A stretch of 64,000 nt of DNA. Origin: Patellaria atrata CBS 101060 (Eukaryota). This document shows positions 58,389 to 64,000 of this stretch, piece by piece. Position 1 is the stretch's first letter. Each line of letters opens with the position of its first letter. The stretch covers positions 952,004-1,016,003 of the forward strand of contig MU006096.1 in the NCBI GenBank assembly GCA_010093705.1. Direction: 5' to 3'. The notes under the pieces are model-generated. The model saw nothing but the letters and a program-made list of their open reading frames with translations, ran no database searches and was not told the DNA's origin. Position numbers and translations under genes: made by a program.

Positions 58389-61300
58389 TCAGGGTGCGGT
58401 ATCATCCTTCTTCTTCGGGTTTTGAGTATCTGGCTGGCCTTTGAAAGGGCCGTCAAGAAAGTTGGGCGTTGTCTCCTTGGCCTGGCTAGGTGGAACACCC
58501 TTCCTCAAGGGATCATCAACAACAACGGGATCATCTTGGTGGGTGCCCGGCGCGACTCGAATGCCTTCCTGCGCCTCGATATCTGAACGACTTCTATTAT
58601 GAGCGAACTTGAGTGAATCGTTTTCTTCTCCCTCCCCTCGTTGAATTGGCGACCATCCAGCAATGCTACCAGCGACAATACCGGCCATTGCAGCAGCAGG
58701 ACCAAACGCTGAATTTGAGCGAGAGCGATTGCGACGGCTTCTACGGGAATCAGGTGTGGGCGGGGCGGGAAACTGGCCGTTCTCGTTATCACTTCTGTCT
58801 CCTGGTGGAGTTTGTGGAAGATCTTGGCTGCTACGAGATCGGGATCCACTCCTTGAGCGCGGAAGTAAAGTCTCGATCGGGTGTTGGACTTTGAACTTTA
58901 GGGAGCTGAGACGACCACCACGAATCTTCTTGATGAAAGCAAGCTCTTCACGGATCTCAGTCATGCCTTGGTTCCATTCGTAGCTATGTTCGTCATACAC
59001 GACCAGCTCTGGTGTGTTCCTGCGCTTAAGCCGTTCGGGAATGAGTTTTCTAATAAATTCATCAGGAACTAATCGAATGATTACACCCATCGGGAGAGAT
59101 AGAGCTCCGAGTGCGATGGAGTATCCCCAGAGAGGTCCATTAAGCTTAGTAACCGAGAACGCTTGCCCACCGACGAAGATGATCATTATCTGACCGCCAA
59201 CCATGATGCAATTGATGAAGATGAAGAAGTAATTGTGGTGGATTCCCTCGAAAACATTGAACCTGTTATCCAGACGACGATTGTTTACTTCGTTAAAGAT
59301 CTGCATCCAAACGAAGGTATTGAACACAAGTGTAGGGAGCATCTTTTTCTCGTCGTCGCTCGTGTACGACAAGATATCTCCTCCTTTGAAATGAAGGATA
59401 AACGTAACAACCAATTGATAAATGGCTTGACCGATGATCATCTTCCACATATTCAGGGTAATCAGAGGGGCAGATTTTGGCTGTGGCGGTCTGTTGAGTA
59501 AGCCCAAAGTTGGCGGATCTGTAGCAAGCGCAAGAGCAGCAAATGTATCCATAATAAGGTTCACCCAGAGAAGCTGAACAGCCGTAAGAACCGAGGTTTG
59601 ATCCGAACTTGCCACTGCAGAGACGAAAGTCAAAATGACAGCTGTGATATTAACAGTGATCTGGAACTGCAGGAATTTCTTGACGGCGTCATTGACTGCT
59701 CTACCCCAAAGAAGAGCCTTCACGATAGATGAGAAATTATCATCCATAAGAATGATATCAGAAGCTTCTTTGGCGACTTCAGTTCCAGCAATACCCATGG
59801 AAAAACCGACATCTGCAGTCTTCAGGGCGGGAGCATCGTTAGTACCATCTCCGGTCACGGCGACAGTTTCACCAAGTTCCTTGAGGCGTTTGACTAAGAT
59901 ACGTTTGTCTTCTGGACTTGAACGAGCAAGGACACAAAGTTTCGGAATGACTTGATCCATCTGTCTCTTACTGAGGACACGGAAAGCAGGCCCTTCCATG
60001 ACAAGCCCGCCAGGAACGAGAATACCGCAATCAGTGGCAATAGCTTGGGCAGTCATAACATTGTCACCAGTGACCATGCGTACGTAGACACCGGCGCGTT
60101 GACAATCCTTGACTGCTTCTCGCACGCCATCACGAAGTGGATCTTGGATACCAACGACCCCCAAGAAGACCATATTCTTATGGATGGCGTCAAAATCAGC
60201 CATTGACGGACTGTCTTCTACAGTCTTGGAACCCCTAGGCGGCCATTGCTCGAAATCGCGATAAAGCAAGGCGATGGTTCTGAGAGAACGAGAAGCGTAG
60301 GTCGAGATTAATTGTTCGAGCATTTGTCGTTTTTCCGGTTGAAGGGCAACATCGGCAACTCCCTTAGTTGGATCTGCAATGATACTGCTGCATTTTCCGA
60401 GGAGTATTTCCGATGCACCCTTAACATACATACGATAGGTTCCGTTGGTGAGTTTGACAACAGCTGCCATACATTTCCGGCCAGAATCGAAAGGGACAAC
60501 TTGAACGATATTTGCATTGGCCCTCTCGGTGCTAACAGGTCCCATGCCTAAAAAGTCCCGAGCAAATCCAAGAAGCGCTGTTTCAGTCTTTGATCCAATG
60601 AAAGCGGCCTTGCCATCTTCTTCGCCTTCGAATGCAGTGGAGTTGATGACGATCGATTGTAAGAGAAGTGCCTTAGATTCCTCGTTAAGATTGCTAGTGA
60701 ATTCTGCCGGGGAAACGTCTTCATGGTCATCTGCGGTAACCGTACCCTTCCCATCAGGCGGGACAACTCCATTTTCGCCAGCACCTTTACGATCACCAAA
60801 TCGCACAGCAGTACCAACGGTACCGGCGACGACCGTCATCTTATTCTGAGTCAATGTGCCTGTCTTATCTGAACAGACTGTGGTAGCGTTACCCATAGTT
60901 TCACATGAACGAAGCACACGAACTAGATTATTGTCCTTCAACATACGAGTTGTCGCAAATGCGAGAGCCAATGTAACTGCAAGGGGAAGACCTTCGGGCA
61001 CGGCTACGACGACAACGGTGATGGCGACGATGAGAATATTCAGGAAATTCTGCCCCTTCTCAGCTGGTGGTCTATGGTCCTTAGGAAGGTGAGCCAGGAA
61101 TTCGATGAGCAATACAATGAAGAGTAACAAGGCAGATGCGCCACCGAGCTTTGCGATGTACTCCGCAAGTACATTGAGTTTAGCCTGGAGGGGAGTGACT
61201 TCGTTTTCTTCGCGGAGAGACATCATCGTTTTACCGAAGCTGGAGTTGACACCGGTTGCAGTGACGAGGAATGAGCCTACTCCTTCAGATACCTTTGCAC

Positions 61301-62684
61301 CGGAGAGAATGAAGGGATCCATTTTCTTTACGCTCTCCCCATTCTCCATAGCACGGTAGACGGTATCGCCCGGAGTCTTTTTCAGCAAGTCGGATTCACC
61401 AGTCGCAGACGATTCATCGCATTTGACATTGTGCCCGTCGATAAATATCCCATCAACTGGGACCAAGTCACCAGGTTCCAAAAGGACAACGTCACCGACA
61501 AAGATATCGTAGACCGAGATTTCCAGAGTCTTTCCAGACCTGATGGCCTTGACAGTACGATTTTCCTTCTTCTTGTTGAGTTTGACGAACTGCCGTTCCT
61601 TTTGCCAATCATTCGCAGCACCAACGACTACGACGATAATGATAGCAACCATGATAGCGACACCTTCGACCCACTCTACTTTGGCACCTTCATGTTCTGT
61701 TACACCAAAGGTCTGGTAGAGTCCAAGAGCCAACGAGATGACGGCGGCAACGGTCAAAAGGATCAGGACTTTATCGTTGTACGCTATCCAAGCTAGTTGA
61801 AAGATGCTCTTTGATTTACGTTCCGGTAGTCTGTTGTCGCTGTAAACTCGTTTACGGTCCGCATAAGCAGATTCGTTTTGATTAGGTGGAGTCGATTTGG
61901 CGGTCTCTGTTCTCTGAGGGGTTTCATCTTCTGATGATTTCTTAAAAGTTTGATCCGATGCATACGCGAGAGCTTCCTCGAACGAAACCTGTTGTGACAC
62001 AAAAGTTTCGTCTATGCTCAGTCCGCTATTTCGACTCGTCTGTAGACCACGTTCAAGACCCATAAGACCTCCAAGAGCGTGGAATGCCCCCAAACTCTTT
62101 GGGTTGTACATTTTCATTAGTTGTCCAGGGGAGAAGGCGAATTTGTTATCTTCAACTTCAAAATCGGCTTCCGTACCGGGATCAGGCTTTAAAGCGTCTT
62201 CATCGCTCAGTATTTCTCCAGCGGTGTGACGTCCCTCTGCTATTTTTGTTTTATCACCCTGAGACGATGGTGAAGGAGTATTGACGTAAGTATCACCACT
62301 CACTGATGAGTGACCCTCTTCTGCGGTCGAGTCCATGGAATTCCCTCTCGACCGTGGGCCGCCGGGAACAGACAGGAAGTTCTGATTGTCTCCCCATCTC
62401 GCCGTAGGAGATGAGACGTTGTGAGGAGAGGTTGGCCGGCTCTCTTTACTGTCAAAGGAGTTTGCGTTTCGAAGTTCGATAGGTGATTGTTGTGCAGGTG
62501 TCTGTGATGTCTGGTTTGTGGGATTACTTCTTGACTCCGGTATATTTTCTGAACTTGCATTATCCATTGGTGGATCGTTACTTCCTCCACTAACAGCAGA
62601 AGTATCTATTGTGATTGTAGGAGCTCTCTGTCTTCGAGGTCCTGTAGAAGGGGACTCACGGCCATCAGGGCCTATATCTGCCAT
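58389..62684 (-). CDS. PMC1: P2B-type (PMCA-like) Ca2+-transporting ATPase, intronless
   Basis: DESSATGES, VAVPEGLPLAVT, CSDKTGTLT (phosphorylated Asp), KGASE, MVTGDN, GDGTNDAPAL, QLLWVNLIMDT. Confidence 0.95.
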   Translation of the reverse strand: MADIGPDGRESPSTGPRRQRAPTITIDTSAVSGGSNDPPMDNASSENIPESRSNPTNQTSQTPAQQSPIELRNANSFDSKESRPTSPHNVSSPTARWGDNQNFLSVPGGPRSRGNSMDSTAEEGHSSVSGDTYVNTPSPSSQGDKTKIAEGRHTAGEILSDEDALKPDPGTEADFEVEDNKFAFSPGQLMKMYNPKSLGAFHALGGLMGLERGLQTSRNSGLSIDETFVSQQVSFEEALAYASDQTFKKSSEDETPQRTETAKSTPPNQNESAYADRKRVYSDNRLPERKSKSIFQLAWIAYNDKVLILLTVAAVISLALGLYQTFGVTEHEGAKVEWVEGVAIMVAIIIVVVVGAANDWQKERQFVKLNKKKENRTVKAIRSGKTLEISVYDIFVGDVVLLEPGDLVPVDGIFIDGHNVKCDESSATGESDLLKKTPGDTVYRAMENGESVKKMDPFILSGAKVSEGVGSFLVTATGVNSSFGKTMMSLREENEVTPLQAKLNVLAEYIAKLGGASALLLFIVLLIEFLAHLPKDHRPPAEKGQNFLNILIVAITVVVVAVPEGLPLAVTLALAFATTRMLKDNNLVRVLRSCETMGNATTVCSDKTGTLTQNKMTVVAGTVGTAVRFGDRKGAGENGVVPPDGKGTVTADDHEDVSPAEFTSNLNEESKALLLQSIVINSTAFEGEEDGKAAFIGSKTETALLGFARDFLGMGPVSTERANANIVQVVPFDSGRKCMAAVVKLTNGTYRMYVKGASEILLGKCSSIIADPTKGVADVALQPEKRQMLEQLISTYASRSLRTIALLYRDFEQWPPRGSKTVEDSPSMADFDAIHKNMVFLGVVGIQDPLRDGVREAVKDCQRAGVYVRMVTGDNVMTAQAIATDCGILVPGGLVMEGPAFRVLSKRQMDQVIPKLCVLARSSPEDKRILVKRLKELGETVAVTGDGTNDAPALKTADVGFSMGIAGTEVAKEASDIILMDDNFSSIVKALLWGRAVNDAVKKFLQFQITVNITAVILTFVSAVASSDQTSVLTAVQLLWVNLIMDTFAALALATDPPTLGLLNRPPQPKSAPLITLNMWKMIIGQAIYQLVVTFILHFKGGDILSYTSDDEKKMLPTLVFNTFVWMQIFNEVNNRRLDNRFNVFEGIHHNYFFIFINCIMVGGQIMIIFVGGQAFSVTKLNGPLWGYSIALGALSLPMGVIIRLVPDEFIRKLIPERLKRRNTPELVVYDEHSYEWNQGMTEIREELAFIKKIRGGRLSSLKFKVQHPIETLLPRSRSGSRSRSSQDLPQTPPGDRSDNENGQFPAPPTPDSRRSRRNRSRSNSAFGPAAAMAGIVAGSIAGWSPIQRGEGEENDSLKFAHNRSRSDIEAQEGIRVAPGTHQDDPVVVDDPLRKGVPPSQAKETTPNFLDGPFKGQPDTQNPKKKDDTAP

Positions 62685-63053
62685 GACTGCGCCGCTCTTG
62701 GCCTTATAGGAGAGTATTCTAGGGTGAAATTTCCTTTAGCGAAGTGTTTGTTGTAAGGCTCGTGGCCTTGGAGGATGTGGATCAGGAGGGTGCAAATGCA
62801 AAACTGCGCCCTGGCTGAGTTACCGGTGAGAGTTCATGGATGACGGACACGACAAAATATTTGAGAGAGCAAGGTCCAGCGGCGAATTAGGCTGTGGGGT
62901 TCGAGGTAGCTGGTCGAAATACGTTTCAGCAGGCTCGGTATAGACAAAGGCGTTTGTTCAACCACGGAAGCGCGTCTAGGGCAAAGTTAACAATTAGCTT
63001 TCCACGTAAACCTAAAGAATGTGACGAAAATCCAGCCAGAGATGTTCGACAGC

Positions 63054-63061
63054 TGAGCCAC
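63054..63061 (-). promoter_or_regulatory. Possible Crz1/CrzA calcineurin-dependent response element GTGGCTCA upstream of PMC1
   Basis: Matches the yeast CDRE consensus GNGGC(G/T)CA about 370 bp upstream of the ATG. PMC1 is an established Crz1 target, but the motif is short. Confidence 0.35.
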
Positions 63062-64000
63062 AGCGTGACGCCTTTGTAGGCGGTGCATTTAGTCCGGAAG
63101 ATAAGAGGCAAGACTTGGTGGAGGTAGATATCAAATATCGCGGCGGAGAACAGCGAGCTCACCTTTTTCGGCCAACAGAGTTCCAGTAAGATACTCGCTT
63201 CTAGGAATCTTTTTGTTGAGTTATCAGATCTTGAAAATATGCAAGGGGAAAGTCGGTCGGGATGATTTGAGAAGGTTGAGTGGTTGGTATTGCACAGGAG
63301 GAGGCAGTGCTGTGGTAATGAAAGTGTAGTATGTAACTAAGGTAGGTAGTTGTTATGGTTGACTGTACCAGTCCTGAAATGATGACGCCTCTACAGATGC
63401 ATTGTCAATTAGACAGACAACTGAATAGATATGAGGATCAAGTAGAAGAGTAATTGATTGCTATGAGTATTCAAGGTCGTCGACACGTAGGAAACAAGGC
63501 TGTTATTACGACCTCATCCTCTAGGGATATAGAAATGTTCATTCTCAGTAATGACCCTAATGGTCAGACGCGCCAAGTGCTAATGGCAGAGAAGCACTTG
63601 CAGTTTGTTTTGCACAGCCCCCTTTGGGCTCCCTTTCAAGCTTCTTGGTTCCTTCCCTAGCAGATATTCACTTTACAATACGGAAGGTACCACCTCCACT
63701 CACGATTACTGCAGCCGGGCTTTAGCGTCAGCGCCTCTCACCATTGGTTGCTGGCAGGACATAAATTTTTGAAACAAAAGTGACAAAGCATCATTCCGCC
63801 AGCGTGTATGGATTGGACCCTCCATACGCATATGGTACAAACATCAAACCAACGGATTGCTTTTAAGATGTGATGCGGTAAGCTACTATGCCTTCAATTG
63901 TCCCTTTAAGCCTGACAGTTTACCGCCGGAATAGACGCTCAAAATACTGTTACAGTATTTGCATATGCTGTTGATGTTGTTATTGTTTGCCAAAGGACTT

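Overview
Eukaryotic DNA from a filamentous ascomycete (Pezizomycotina-like: short GT-AG introns with CTRAC branch points, compact divergent gene pairs). Two blocks of conserved housekeeping genes are present. The left block (1-23 kb) holds NOP4, DHX35, SPC25, RRN6, REX4, ESA1, ESF2, an alpha/beta hydrolase, PEX12 and peroxisomal Lon. The right block (36-63 kb) holds a thioredoxin-like gene, ProRS, CCT1, a PMP3/SNA-like gene, a U1A-like gene, an MFS permease, TYW1, a PQ-loop gene, ATP25, NMD3, a cyanamide-hydratase-like HD protein and PMC1. Two accessory stretches interrupt this. (i) 7.7-11.3 kb is a same-strand array of four diverged paralogues of an orphan ~115-130 aa protein, one intact and three disrupted, with stops falling repeatedly on conserved Trp codons. 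(ii) 23.2-36 kb is a gene-poor island with decayed ORFs, a 220-bp duplication, a spliced Cys/His-cluster protein missed by the ORF track and a small secreted Cys-rich protein. The most striking non-coding signal is a candidate RNA polymerase III gene at ~46.42-46.61 kb (minus): TATA, A box, B box, a 72-nt tRNA-sized module that folds as a long hairpin rather than a cloverleaf, further hairpins and an oligo-T terminator. All identifications come from motif recognition and manual translation; no searches were run.
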